This document shows, in pieces, positions 49,929 through 59,593 of a stretch of 64,000 nucleotides of DNA. The position numbers were made by a program, and so were the translations under genes. The stretch is from Lachnospiraceae bacterium (GTDB lineage: Bacteria; Bacillota; Clostridia; Lachnospirales; Lachnospiraceae): NCBI GenBank assembly GCA_022510685.1, contig JAFLTA010000008.1, positions 13,786 through 77,785 of the forward strand, read 5' to 3'. Below the pieces are notes generated by a model. It was not told where the DNA came from. It saw only the letters and a program-made list of their open reading frames with translations, and searched no databases. Positions within the stretch are counted from its first letter, which is position 1, and each line of letters starts with the position of its first letter.

Positions 49929-50690
49929 TTGAAGAATAGTAAGGTAAAAAGGTCGTTATTTGCATTATTACTTGTTATTAATTTGGTAACGGGCTTGGTG
50001 TTGTCCCCTGTTTCCGTGATGAGGGCAGAGGCAAAAACAAAATTGTCCGTGACAGTAAAAGTTGGCTCTCAAAAAGCAAATAAAAAGACAATCACAATGA
50101 AAAAGGGCAGCAGCAAAAAAATCAAACTGTCCATTGCGCCCAATAAATCGAGAATTAAGACAAAGTATAAGACTGATAAAACAAGTATAGTTTCAGTCAG
50201 CAAAACTGGAAAGCTGAAAGCAAAGAAGACAGGAACAGCAAAAATAATAATTACGCTGTCGGGAAATCATATTCGCAAAACGAAGGTATGGTTTAAGGTA
50301 AAGGTGACTGGGAAGAGTGATTCCGGTAAAAACACAGGCACACCGGTGGTTCTTACAGTAAACGGAAAGACATTTCAAGCGGTATTTTACAACAATGAAA
50401 CAGCAAAAGCATTATTAAAGCAAATGCCAATGACACTTAACATGAAGGAGTTGAATGGGAATGAGAAGTATCACTATTTTGATATAGAATTTCCTACAAA
50501 CGAAAAGTCACCGGGGAAAATAGAAGCGGGAGATATTATGATGTATGGATCGGATTGTCTAGTCACATTTTACAAATCATACAGTACATCTTATCAATAT
50601 ACATCTGTGGGCAAGATTAAGAATGCATCCGATTTTGCAGAGGCAGTAGGAAGAGGAAATGTGAAGATTACATTTAAGAAAGGAAAATAA
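49929..50690 (+). CDS. Secreted Lys-rich Ig-like (Big_2) plus cyclophilin-like domain (variant B)
   Basis: Signal peptide ending AEA; IVSVSKTGKLKAKKTGTAKI; MKELNGNEKY...GDIMMYGSDCLVTFY. Confidence 0.82.
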   Translation: MKNSKVKRSLFALLLVINLVTGLVLSPVSVMRAEAKTKLSVTVKVGSQKANKKTITMKKGSSKKIKLSIAPNKSRIKTKYKTDKTSIVSVSKTGKLKAKKTGTAKIIITLSGNHIRKTKVWFKVKVTGKSDSGKNTGTPVVLTVNGKTFQAVFYNNETAKALLKQMPMTLNMKELNGNEKYHYFDIEFPTNEKSPGKIEAGDIMMYGSDCLVTFYKSYSTSYQYTSVGKIKNASDFAEAVGRGNVKITFKKGK

Positions 50691-50762
50691 CTGAAACACC
50701 CGGAACAGGAAGTGTCCATATAGAAATTTTTGCTTCAGAATAAGCGATTGGAGAATGGGTAT

Positions 50763-51884
50763 ATGAAAATACAAATTAGTTGCTTAGTTATGCTGATGCT
50801 TACAGTGACCATGCTGGTAGCAGGATGCGGGAAAACAGAATCATCACAGGTAGAAAAGGAAGGTAAGGCTTTGCAGTCTGAGCAGGGAAATGAGGAAGAA
50901 AAAATGCAGGATACAGAGAGCATTACTCCCACATCTGAAATTGTTTCACTGGAAGATGGGTTTTCTACAGTAAAGTATTCCGGAGATTATAAATTAAATG
51001 AATTTTTGGAACAGGGAGGAGCTTCCACAGATGCGGAGGTTATGAGATTTTTGACGGAACATTTATTTTCAGGAGTATCTGGTCTTAAATATTCCGGTGA
51101 TGTCTTTGGTTGCAGTACTATCTCTGTAAAAAGTCCGGATGGGAATTATCTGTTCGGGAGAAACTTTGACTGGGATTCCTCCTGTGAGGCATTGGTTGTC
51201 AGTTCTGTTCCGGAAGGGGGATACACTTCTTTGTCCACTGTAAATATGGATTTTATTGCTGCCGGAGCAGGAATGGATTTAGGGCAGCTCTCGGATCAGA
51301 TGCAAACAGTGGCAGCATTGTATGCCCCATTAGATGGCATGAATGAAAAGGGACTCTGTGTTTCTGTGAATATGATTCAGGATTCTGCTACGATTAAACA
51401 GAACACAAATAAACCGGATATTACTACAACGACAGCAGTTCGTCTGTTACTAGACCTGGCAGCAGATGTGGATGAGGCATTAAAGCTGTTAAAACAATAT
51501 GATATGCATGCATCCATGGGAATGATGGTGCATTTTGCACTAGCAGATGCAGGAGGGCGTTCGGTAGTTGTGGAGTATATCGGTAATGAGATGGTGGTAA
51601 TAGATACACCTGTTGTGACAAATTTTTATTTGGCATCCGGGGAAAAATATGGAGTCGGAACGAAGCAGTCCCACACCCGGTATGAGATTTTGACAGAGCT
51701 GCTAGAGAAAAATGACACGATGGAGATGCAGGATGTCAAAGATGCTTTGGATAGTGTCAGTAAAGACAATTTTGGAGAATATGAATCTACAGAGTGGAGT
51801 ATTGTATATGATCAGGGGAGTGGAGCGGTCCTGTATTATCATCGTGAGAATTATGGAAAGGCATATCCTTTTCAAGTTCCCTAG
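50763..51884 (+). CDS. Lipoprotein linear amide C-N hydrolase (choloylglycine hydrolase/Ntn family)
   Basis: Lipobox VAGC; internal GCST nucleophile, GRNFDW, DGMNEKGL, TNF. Confidence 0.85.
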   Translation: MKIQISCLVMLMLTVTMLVAGCGKTESSQVEKEGKALQSEQGNEEEKMQDTESITPTSEIVSLEDGFSTVKYSGDYKLNEFLEQGGASTDAEVMRFLTEHLFSGVSGLKYSGDVFGCSTISVKSPDGNYLFGRNFDWDSSCEALVVSSVPEGGYTSLSTVNMDFIAAGAGMDLGQLSDQMQTVAALYAPLDGMNEKGLCVSVNMIQDSATIKQNTNKPDITTTTAVRLLLDLAADVDEALKLLKQYDMHASMGMMVHFALADAGGRSVVVEYIGNEMVVIDTPVVTNFYLASGEKYGVGTKQSHTRYEILTELLEKNDTMEMQDVKDALDSVSKDNFGEYESTEWSIVYDQGSGAVLYYHRENYGKAYPFQVP

Positions 51885-51936
51885 TGTAATGATTTGCAAT
51901 TAACTGGACTGTATCCTTGCCTGAATCTTCGTATGC
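51881..51936. repeat. Half copy of the 34003-34170 element
   Basis: CTAGTGTAATGATTTGCAATTAACTGGACTGTATCCTTGCCTGAATCTTCGTATGC. Confidence 0.9.
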
Positions 51937-51940
51937 TGCG

Positions 51941-52825
51941 TTATTCTGTTTTAAGAAACTTTTGCAGTTCTTCTAAATATTTCTGTGAAGCTTTTGGAAA
52001 TATCTGATATTTTTTCCAGATTAGGTTTATTTCAATCGTCATTGATGGTTCGCAGGGAATGAAACAGAGACCAGTGTTGCCGGTAGTGTTGATGATCTTG
52101 TCCAGACCTAAAGCATATCCCAGTCCTTCTTCTACCATCAGAGAGGCGTTAAAAAGCAGATTATAGGTAGCGATGATATTTAATTCACTGATGCTTTTGT
52201 CAAACCATGAGGACAGAGAATCCTCTTTGTAGGCATTGCGGTTAAAAATAAGAGGTTTATCCCACAGGTCTTCAGGATGAATACTTTTCTTGTTTGCCAA
52301 TGGACTGTCTTTTCGCATTAATATACCAAAAACATCTTTCATCGGAAAATTCAGATATTCATATTTGGAAGTATCTACAGGACCTAATAAAAGCCCAAAA
52401 TCAATCAGCCCCTTATCAAGATTTTCCAGAACATCTGTGGTATCGCCACTGGATATATGATAGTGTATGTCGGGATAGGTAAGCTGAAGATTCTTTGCCA
52501 CTTTTGCCAGCAGATGGACGGCATCGGTTTCTCCGGCGCCGATGTAAATATCCCCGGCAATCGTATTGTCAGAAATCGTAATTTCCTGTTCGGTTTTTTG
52601 CACCAGATCAAGGATTTCCTCTGCACGTTTACGCAAAATCATGCCTTCCTCTGTCAAAGTAATTTTACGGTTTCCACGTATCATAAGCTGTTTTCCAAGT
52701 TCATCTTCCATGTCTTTCAATTGTCTGGAAAGGGTGGGCTGGGATAGATGCAAAGATTCTGCAGCACCGGAAATACTCTGTTCCCTTGTAACTGCAAGAA
52801 AGTATTGAAGAACTCGTAACTCCAT
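51941..52825 (-). CDS. LysR family transcriptional regulator
   Basis: MELRVLQYFLAV...AAESLHLSQPTLSRQLKDME. Confidence 0.95.
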   Translation of the reverse strand: MELRVLQYFLAVTREQSISGAAESLHLSQPTLSRQLKDMEDELGKQLMIRGNRKITLTEEGMILRKRAEEILDLVQKTEQEITISDNTIAGDIYIGAGETDAVHLLAKVAKNLQLTYPDIHYHISSGDTTDVLENLDKGLIDFGLLLGPVDTSKYEYLNFPMKDVFGILMRKDSPLANKKSIHPEDLWDKPLIFNRNAYKEDSLSSWFDKSISELNIIATYNLLFNASLMVEEGLGYALGLDKIINTTGNTGLCFIPCEPSMTIEINLIWKKYQIFPKASQKYLEELQKFLKTE

Positions 52826-52945
52826 TTATCTGACCTCCGTTCTGTGAATAATAGTTGCACAGAAAAACAATAGTTGCTTCGCAACTATTTGCTATAATTA
52901 TGAAATAATCTCTGTAATCTATATTTTAGTATAACAAGGGGAAGA

Positions 52946-53013
52946 TATAACCGTCAAGCATACATAGGTATAAAATATAAGCATTTGTTATTGGAAAAAG
53001 TGAATGATAAAAT
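52946..53013 (+). promoter_or_regulatory. LysR-type box plus promoter, copy 3 (divergent from lysR)
   Basis: TATAACCGTCAAGCATA; TTGTTA-N17-TAAAAT at +39 with extended TG. Confidence 0.75.
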
Positions 53014-53034
53014 AAATTGAAAAGAAGAATGGAG

Positions 53035-53180
53035 GTTACTGTTCACACAGGACTTTGAATTTACTGCAAAGTCCGTAAGAACGTGTAAATTATGCCAAGA
53101 GGGAATTCGCCCCTTCGCCGGAGGCGAACTATAAATGGGCGAATTCCGTTACTGGAACACCGTAAGGTGTGAACAGTGGC
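53035..53180. mobile_element. 146-bp MITE-like element with 14-bp imperfect TIRs and 8-bp flanking direct repeats
   Basis: GAATGGAG|GTTACTGTTCACAC...GTGTGAACAGTGGC|GAATGGAG; internal hairpins. Confidence 0.75.
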
Positions 53181-53196
53181 GAATGGAGGGCTATTT

Positions 53197-54558
53197 GTGA
53201 TAGGACATTTGCATTTATTGTGGGATCTGTATCAATTAAAGAGAAATGAACATAAGAGCAGAGAGCAAATTCGCATCCTGCAGGATAAAAAGCTGCGGAG
53301 GCTTCTTTATCATGCCTATGATCATTCCGACTATTACAAGAAATCTTTTGAGCAGGCAGGAATCACAAGAGAACAGATTCAAAGCCTTCCTCTGTCTGCG
53401 TTTCCCACAATGGATAAACAAATCCTGATGGAGCATTTTGATGAGATTGTGACGCGGAAGGAGATCCGGCAGGAAAAACTCCGTATCTTTGATGAAGAAA
53501 ATGCTATGGAGCAAAAAGAATTCCTTGGAAAATACCATGTGGTACATTCTTCCGGAAGTACGGGGGTGCCGAGATACTTTGTATATGATACATCAGCGTG
53601 GAATCAAATGCTGCTTGGGATTATCCGTGGGGCACTGTGGAACATGACAATGCCCCAAATTCTGAAACTATTGTCAGGAGGATTACGGATTTTATATGTT
53701 GCAGCTACAGATGGCCGATATGGTGGAGCGATGGCAGTAGGGGATGGGATAGATGGTGTAGGGGCAAAGCAGATGTTTCTGGATATTAAGACACCTCTTT
53801 CCCAGTGGATTCGCAGTGTAAGGGAATTTAAGCCGGATATTATCATTGGGTATCCCTCTGCTATTAAGATACTGGGAGAATTGATAGAAAATAATGCGGT
53901 TTCCGTGAATGTTTGTCGTGTGATCTCCTGCGGAGAACCACTTCCACCCGGACTTAGGACTTATCTGGAACAGGTTTTTAAGGCCGATATCATAAATTTC
54001 TATGGTGCCAGTGAGTCTTTGGCACTTGGAGTGGAAGCAGATCTGGCAGAGGGATTGTATCTGTTTGATGACCTGAATTATATTGAAGTGGAAAATGGTC
54101 AGATGTATCTGACATGTCTGTATAACTTTGCACAACCGCTGATTCGCTACCATATATCGGATCAATTAACCTTAAAGAAGCCGAGTGCTGTGAGCAGATA
54201 TCCTTTCTCGCAGGCAGAAATTGTTTTAAGCAGGAGTGAGGATGTTCTTTGGTTTGAAGACGAAGAAGGAAAACGGGATTTTATCCATCCTCTTGCCGTG
54301 GAGGGGTTATGCGTGGAAGGGCTTTTGGATTACCAGTTCCGGCAGACTGACAAAGATGCTTTTGAAATGCTGGCAGAGGTTTCCGAAAGGGAAAGAGAGG
54401 AACAGATACGGGGGGAGATTGTGAGGCAGATGGGGAAGATTCTCCAAGAGAAGAAATTGGATCATATACGTTTCATTGTGAGGTTTGTAGAAGAAATTTT
54501 GCCGGATTCCCAGACGGGGAAAAAGCAGTTGATAGCGGGGTATAGCGGAGGGCAGTAG
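53197..54558 (+). CDS. Phenylacetate-CoA ligase-like (PaaK/CapK family) adenylating enzyme
   Basis: HSSGSTG, GYPS, CGEPL, FYGASE, PLIRYHISD. Confidence 0.85.
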   Translation: MIGHLHLLWDLYQLKRNEHKSREQIRILQDKKLRRLLYHAYDHSDYYKKSFEQAGITREQIQSLPLSAFPTMDKQILMEHFDEIVTRKEIRQEKLRIFDEENAMEQKEFLGKYHVVHSSGSTGVPRYFVYDTSAWNQMLLGIIRGALWNMTMPQILKLLSGGLRILYVAATDGRYGGAMAVGDGIDGVGAKQMFLDIKTPLSQWIRSVREFKPDIIIGYPSAIKILGELIENNAVSVNVCRVISCGEPLPPGLRTYLEQVFKADIINFYGASESLALGVEADLAEGLYLFDDLNYIEVENGQMYLTCLYNFAQPLIRYHISDQLTLKKPSAVSRYPFSQAEIVLSRSEDVLWFEDEEGKRDFIHPLAVEGLCVEGLLDYQFRQTDKDAFEMLAEVSEREREEQIRGEIVRQMGKILQEKKLDHIRFIVRFVEEILPDSQTGKKQLIAGYSGGQ

Positions 54559-54702
54559 GTTGAAAAATGATTCTAGGACAGCCCAAAACGCAGTCCAAGA
54601 ATCATTACACTTCAACATAGCAAACGAAGTTTGCATTTGAAAAACGCAGAATCAGCGTTTTTCATTACTAGTTGTGCCGTCGCAGAAGGCGGCGGAATGG
54701 AG
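54556..54702 (+). repeat. Structured intergenic repeat, copy 1
   Basis: First 61 nt are 57/61 identical to 55453; ends in TGTGCC-hairpin-GGCGGAATGG. Confidence 0.85.
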
Positions 54703-54711
54703 AAAGGTAGT

Positions 54712-55455
54712 ATGAGAGAAGCGATTTTATCAGGCAAAAGTATAACGAAGACCTTTGGTGAAAACATGGTCCTTCAAGGAATTGATATAGAAATAAATTC
54801 TGGGGATTTTACGGTAATCATGGGCTCTTCCGGTTCCGGGAAATCTACTCTGCTTCACACATTAAGCGGAATGGATTATCTAAGCAGCGGTCAGTTGTTT
54901 TATCAAAATGAAGAGATTACGAATGCTTCCGAAAAGAAGCTGACGAAGCTGCGGGCGGAAGAGTTTGGTTTTGTGTTCCAACGCACCCATCTGGTCAGTA
55001 ACTTAACGCTGGATGAAAATATCCGGATGGCAGGGCTGATCGGTCCATGGTCGGAAAAAGAAGTGAAAAAACGTACAGAGGAGCTTGTGGGGCGTATGAA
55101 TCTTGAGAAGGCAAAGGACAGACTACCGGCGCAGGTATCCGGCGGTGAAGCGCAGCGGGCGGCTGTTGCCAGAGCAAGCATCAACAAGCCAGCGATACTT
55201 TTTGCGGATGAACCAACCGGAGCGTTAAATAAGGCAAATTCAGAAGATGTTTTAAATCTTTTCTCCTCGCTTCATGCAGAAGGTCAGTCGGTTTTGCTTG
55301 TTACCCATGACAAAGAAGCGGCTTTGAGGGGGAATCGCATTTTATATTTGGAGGATGGTGTCATTACCAGTGAGTTGGAACTGCCGGTATATGCAGGAAA
55401 GGACAAAACACGGGAGAAAACACTGTCCGCCTGGCTAGAAGGACTGGGGTGGTAG
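54712..55455 (+). CDS. ABC transporter ATP-binding protein (LolD/MacB type)
   Basis: GSSGSGKST, VSGGEAQR, FADEPTG, VTHD. Confidence 0.93.
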   Translation: MREAILSGKSITKTFGENMVLQGIDIEINSGDFTVIMGSSGSGKSTLLHTLSGMDYLSSGQLFYQNEEITNASEKKLTKLRAEEFGFVFQRTHLVSNLTLDENIRMAGLIGPWSEKEVKKRTEELVGRMNLEKAKDRLPAQVSGGEAQRAAVARASINKPAILFADEPTGALNKANSEDVLNLFSSLHAEGQSVLLVTHDKEAALRGNRILYLEDGVITSELELPVYAGKDKTREKTLSAWLEGLGW

Positions 55456-55635
55456 GTTGAAAAATGATTTTAGGACAGCTAAAAACGCAGTCCAAGAATC
55501 ACTACACTTCAACCTTGGAAAAATCATTCTAAAGAGACAAAAAACGTCTCTAAGAATGATTACTGTTTCCTATAGAAAAAAGCAAAACCGGCTTTTTTCA
55601 TCATAATTTGTGCCGCTACAGAAGGCGGTGGAATG
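55453..55635 (+). repeat. Structured intergenic repeat, copy 2
   Basis: Matches 54556; carries an extra ATCATTCT...AGAATGAT hairpin. Confidence 0.85.
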
Positions 55636-55644
55636 AGGGTTTAT

Positions 55645-57981
55645 ATGACAAAATATCGGATGCTGCTACAAGCAGCTTTGAAAAAGCAAAAAGGAAGTGT
55701 TATCGGAATATTTCTGTTAGTGTTTGTCCTTGCACTCTGCCTTTTTTCTGCGGTAACGGTTTATGTCAGTGGTACAAACTCGGTGGAAAGCGAGATGCAG
55801 CGCTTAGGATTTGGTGATTTTACCATATGGACCAGCGGGCAGCCGGATGGGATCATAAGGGAAATAGAAAGCGTAGCGGATGTGGATCGTGTCCTTGGTC
55901 AGCCACTCATATTTGCAGGATATGAGATAAATGGCAGTTATTCCGATAACGAAGGACAGCTCATAGTCTATGATGGAACGGTTCCGTACCGTTTTCTGGC
56001 AGAGGATGGGAAAGAGCAGGCGATACCGGAGATTAAGCCGGGAACCGTTTATATATCTCCGGCATTATGCTCCGGCTTCGATGTGCAGGTCGGAGATACG
56101 ATTCAGTTTGAACTGTCCCGGAAAGAGGGAATGAAAAGCCTGACAGTTGCAGGGTATTTTGCGGATGCGTTCATGGGCAGCTCCATGATCGATATGAAAA
56201 GTTTTTTGATCCATGAGAGCGATTGGGTGGAAATGCAGGAAATGATTTCCCAGGCAAAAGATACGGATGTTCTTGGCAGAGATGGAGCTATGTATCATAT
56301 TTTTAAGAGTAGGGACTCTGCATTATCTGATTTGGATTTTCATAGACAGATTTATGAGTCCACGGCTCTTTCCCTATATACGGAATTTAGTTATCAGCAA
56401 AAATCCATCCGGAATTATATGTTACTTTTGCAAAATATCCTGTCCGGATTCCTGATTGCTTTTTCTGTGATACTGCTACTGGTTTCTTTAATTATTGTCG
56501 CACATAGTTTATCTATGGTCATCGAGCAGGAAAAGCAGGATATGGCTGCTTTGAAAGCGATAGGATTGCCCGGTGGCGGATTACAGGGAGTGTATTTCAT
56601 GCTCTATGGTGCTGCAGTTTTGACTGGATTGCTTTTCGGGCTGGCTCTATCATGGGTGCTTGCAGGAATATTGGCAAAAGCAATGGTATCATCCACAGGC
56701 ATGTTGATTACGCTGTCGTTTCCGGCGGGCATAATATTACCGATCCTTTTCGGGCTTCTACTGCTATTTGCTGTATTTATATTCCTGCGAACGAGGAGGA
56801 TTTTGCGGATTGCGCCAATGCAGACTATACGGGAAACCGCGGATGAGAAAAAGGTAAGTTCCACTTTCCGAAAACGCCATCTCAGTCTGGACATTGCTGT
56901 GCGGGAACTTCGTGCAGGCAAGCAAAAATATATCGCACTTTGTGTAATTTCGGTATTTCTTGCGATGTTTTTGTCTATCATCGGCAGAATGGGGACATGG
57001 CTGGGACCAAATGGCGAAGGACTAATGAATACCTTTAGCGTGGCAGACCATGATTTAGGCGTGCAGCCATTTAATGAATCGGTTCCTATGGATGAGATTG
57101 AGAGGGTTATTAACTGGTACTCCCCTGTACGGGAAAGCTATGAGCTGGCAATGCAGAGTGTTACGGTAAACGGGCAGGAATACACTGCTAATATATTAAA
57201 CGATACAAAATGGTTTCATGTGCTTTCCGGTCATGTCTGCGATGGAGCAAGTATCTTGATTACAGATACCGTTGCCAGTGAATTGGAATTGTCTATAGGG
57301 GATGCCGTTCAAGTGGCATCAAACGGGAGGGTGGAAACTTATACCGTATCCGGAATCTATCAATGTGCCAACGGTATGGGAAGTAACATTGGTATGAGCA
57401 TGGCAGGCTACTCTAAAATCGGTGATATCACCGGATATATCTGGTGTTACCATTACATTTTGGAGAATGGCTTGGTCAGGGATTATGCAATGGCATATTT
57501 GCAGGACAATTACAGAGGAATCGATGTCCATACCAACAGTTGGTCGGGTCTGGATGGAATCGTATTTGTAATGCATATGCTGATTGCTGTTATTTATCTG
57601 GTGGCTGCTCTGTTTGTTCTGGTTTCTGTAGCACTCACAGCAAATAAGTTATTACAGGCGGAAACCGGAAAAATGGCAATATACAAAAGCATGGGATTGT
57701 CTTCCGGTAGCTTGCGGCTTTCCTTTGCGCTCCGGTTTTTGATCGTGGTTCTCATTGGAACGGGACTTGGGATTTGCATTTCTGCAGTCTGTGCTGATTC
57801 TGTGATAGGCAGTGTTTTCAAAATGTTTGGAATTGGCGAGTTCCATTCCGGATTCAGTATTTTAGGAACGATCCTTCCGATGACTGCCATACCGATTTTA
57901 TTCTTTGGATTTGCCTATGCATTCTCTGCAAAATTAAAGCGGATAAGCATAGTAAATTTAATTTTAGAAAATGATGATTAA
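55645..57981 (+). CDS. ABC transporter permease (FtsX/MacB type, duplicated)
   Basis: Two sets of TM clusters with LKAIG/YKSMG motifs and large extracellular domains. Confidence 0.9.
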   Translation: MTKYRMLLQAALKKQKGSVIGIFLLVFVLALCLFSAVTVYVSGTNSVESEMQRLGFGDFTIWTSGQPDGIIREIESVADVDRVLGQPLIFAGYEINGSYSDNEGQLIVYDGTVPYRFLAEDGKEQAIPEIKPGTVYISPALCSGFDVQVGDTIQFELSRKEGMKSLTVAGYFADAFMGSSMIDMKSFLIHESDWVEMQEMISQAKDTDVLGRDGAMYHIFKSRDSALSDLDFHRQIYESTALSLYTEFSYQQKSIRNYMLLLQNILSGFLIAFSVILLLVSLIIVAHSLSMVIEQEKQDMAALKAIGLPGGGLQGVYFMLYGAAVLTGLLFGLALSWVLAGILAKAMVSSTGMLITLSFPAGIILPILFGLLLLFAVFIFLRTRRILRIAPMQTIRETADEKKVSSTFRKRHLSLDIAVRELRAGKQKYIALCVISVFLAMFLSIIGRMGTWLGPNGEGLMNTFSVADHDLGVQPFNESVPMDEIERVINWYSPVRESYELAMQSVTVNGQEYTANILNDTKWFHVLSGHVCDGASILITDTVASELELSIGDAVQVASNGRVETYTVSGIYQCANGMGSNIGMSMAGYSKIGDITGYIWCYHYILENGLVRDYAMAYLQDNYRGIDVHTNSWSGLDGIVFVMHMLIAVIYLVAALFVLVSVALTANKLLQAETGKMAIYKSMGLSSGSLRLSFALRFLIVVLIGTGLGICISAVCADSVIGSVFKMFGIGEFHSGFSILGTILPMTAIPILFFGFAYAFSAKLKRISIVNLILENDD

Positions 57982-58348
57982 AGGGAAGGATGGAGCGCAA
58001 AATGCTTTTCTGGAGTCTATGGCAAAAGCAGCGAAAGCAGTTTCTGACAGTCTGGATGGTGGAAAGAAGGTTGTTTATGTCAACGTAATGAACAACCTGA
58101 GTGTAGATTGTGACTGTGACGGGTATGCGGCAAAGCCGAAAATGAAAGATATCGGCATACTGGCATCCACAGATCCGGTGGCACTGGATCAGGCCTGTGT
58201 GGATCTGGTTTATAAGCAGAAAAATGGGGGCGGGGCATCTTTGGTAAAAAGAATAGAGTCGAGAAACGGTATTCTTACCCTGAAACATGCAGAGGAGATT
58301 GGTTTAGGAAACCGCTCTTATAAGTTAGTCTCTATTGATGATAAATAA
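57971..58348 (+). pseudogene. C-terminal fragment of a DUF362 Fe-S protein
   Basis: FLESMA...NNLSVDCDCD...DIGILASTDPVALDQACVDLV; N-terminal part absent; overlaps the permease end. Confidence 0.7.
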
Positions 58349-58426
58349 AAACGGATATACGCTGATATATGATTCACATAGTTTAAGCCTTGCTGGGCAT
58401 AAACCATTTGTTTTAGGGAAATTAAG

Positions 58427-58494
58427 TATAACTAAAAAGCATATATTAGTATTTGGTATAGGTATTGGATGCCCGCTCACTAGCATGTTATATT
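58427..58494 (+). promoter_or_regulatory. LysR-type box plus promoter, copy 4
   Basis: TATAACTAAAAAGCATA; TGGATG-N17-TATATT at +39 with extended TG. Confidence 0.7.
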
Positions 58495-58550
58495 AATAAT
58501 AAAAAGTAGTTTGCATATAGAAAAATAGATCTTATCGGAGGAAAATAGTC

Positions 58551-59537
58551 ATGAAAAGATTATTTACGATTCTTATAACACTTGTGATGATTCTGGGGAT
58601 TACTGATTGTGGAAATAAAAATCAGCAGGTACAAACAGATTCTTTATCTTCAGACGGTAATCAACAGACAGAAATAAGTGGTTCTGATACGGATCAGGGA
58701 GGACAGGAAGTCCGATTGGCATCGGATGATGCACAGATGCAGAAAGATAATCCGGAGATGCCTACCCGTGTGCTTGAGAACGGAACAAAAATCAACATGC
58801 ATTTTGGTGACACTGTTATTTCAGGTATTCTTAATGATAGTGATACCGCAAAAGCTCTGATTGAGAAGCTGCCATATACAGTTCATATGAGCAGTTATAC
58901 CCACGATTATTGTGGTGTAATGCCAGAGGAACTTCCATACAATGAGGATGAGCTGCATTATGGCTGGTTAAATGGGGATATTGATTATGCTATTGATACA
59001 CCTTATTATACGATTCTGCATTCAGATGAAGAAAGTTCCGAACAATATGGTCCACGGGTAAATATTGGTGTTCTTACCTGCAAACTTGACAAGATCAGGA
59101 GCATAAGTGGAGACTATGATGTTTTGATCGAATTAGCAGAAGACGGCATTGATTCTGCAAGCACAGTAGAAGTGGAGGATACAGACATGAAGATGATTGT
59201 AAAAGTAGGAGATAGATCATTTACGGCAACACTGGAAGATAATGCTGCCACCCATGAATTGATTGAAATGATGAAGGAAGCACCTGTTTCCATTGCTATG
59301 AAGGATTATTCCGGATTTGAAAAGGTCGGATCACTTGGAAGAAGCCTGACTACTGATGATCATCAGACTAAAACTTCTGCCGGAGATATTGTACTCTATA
59401 GCGGCAATCAGATTGTCATGTTTTATGGTTCAAACTCATGGAGCTATACCAGAATCGGAAAGATTGATGATCTGTCCGGATGGAAAGATGCATTAGGAAA
59501 AGGCGGCATCACAGCGGAATTTTTTCTTGCAGAATAG
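58551..59537 (+). CDS. Lipoprotein-like protein with two cyclophilin-like domains (variants C and A)
   Basis: Signal ending ITDC; domain C (DYCG...YGWLNGDI) followed by domain A (YSGFEKVG...NSWSYTRIG). Confidence 0.85.
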   Translation: MKRLFTILITLVMILGITDCGNKNQQVQTDSLSSDGNQQTEISGSDTDQGGQEVRLASDDAQMQKDNPEMPTRVLENGTKINMHFGDTVISGILNDSDTAKALIEKLPYTVHMSSYTHDYCGVMPEELPYNEDELHYGWLNGDIDYAIDTPYYTILHSDEESSEQYGPRVNIGVLTCKLDKIRSISGDYDVLIELAEDGIDSASTVEVEDTDMKMIVKVGDRSFTATLEDNAATHELIEMMKEAPVSIAMKDYSGFEKVGSLGRSLTTDDHQTKTSAGDIVLYSGNQIVMFYGSNSWSYTRIGKIDDLSGWKDALGKGGITAEFFLAE

Positions 59538-59593
59538 TTAGAATAATAATTTTTAGGATTATGGAAAGGCAGAGTTTTAGACAGGGAAATTTT

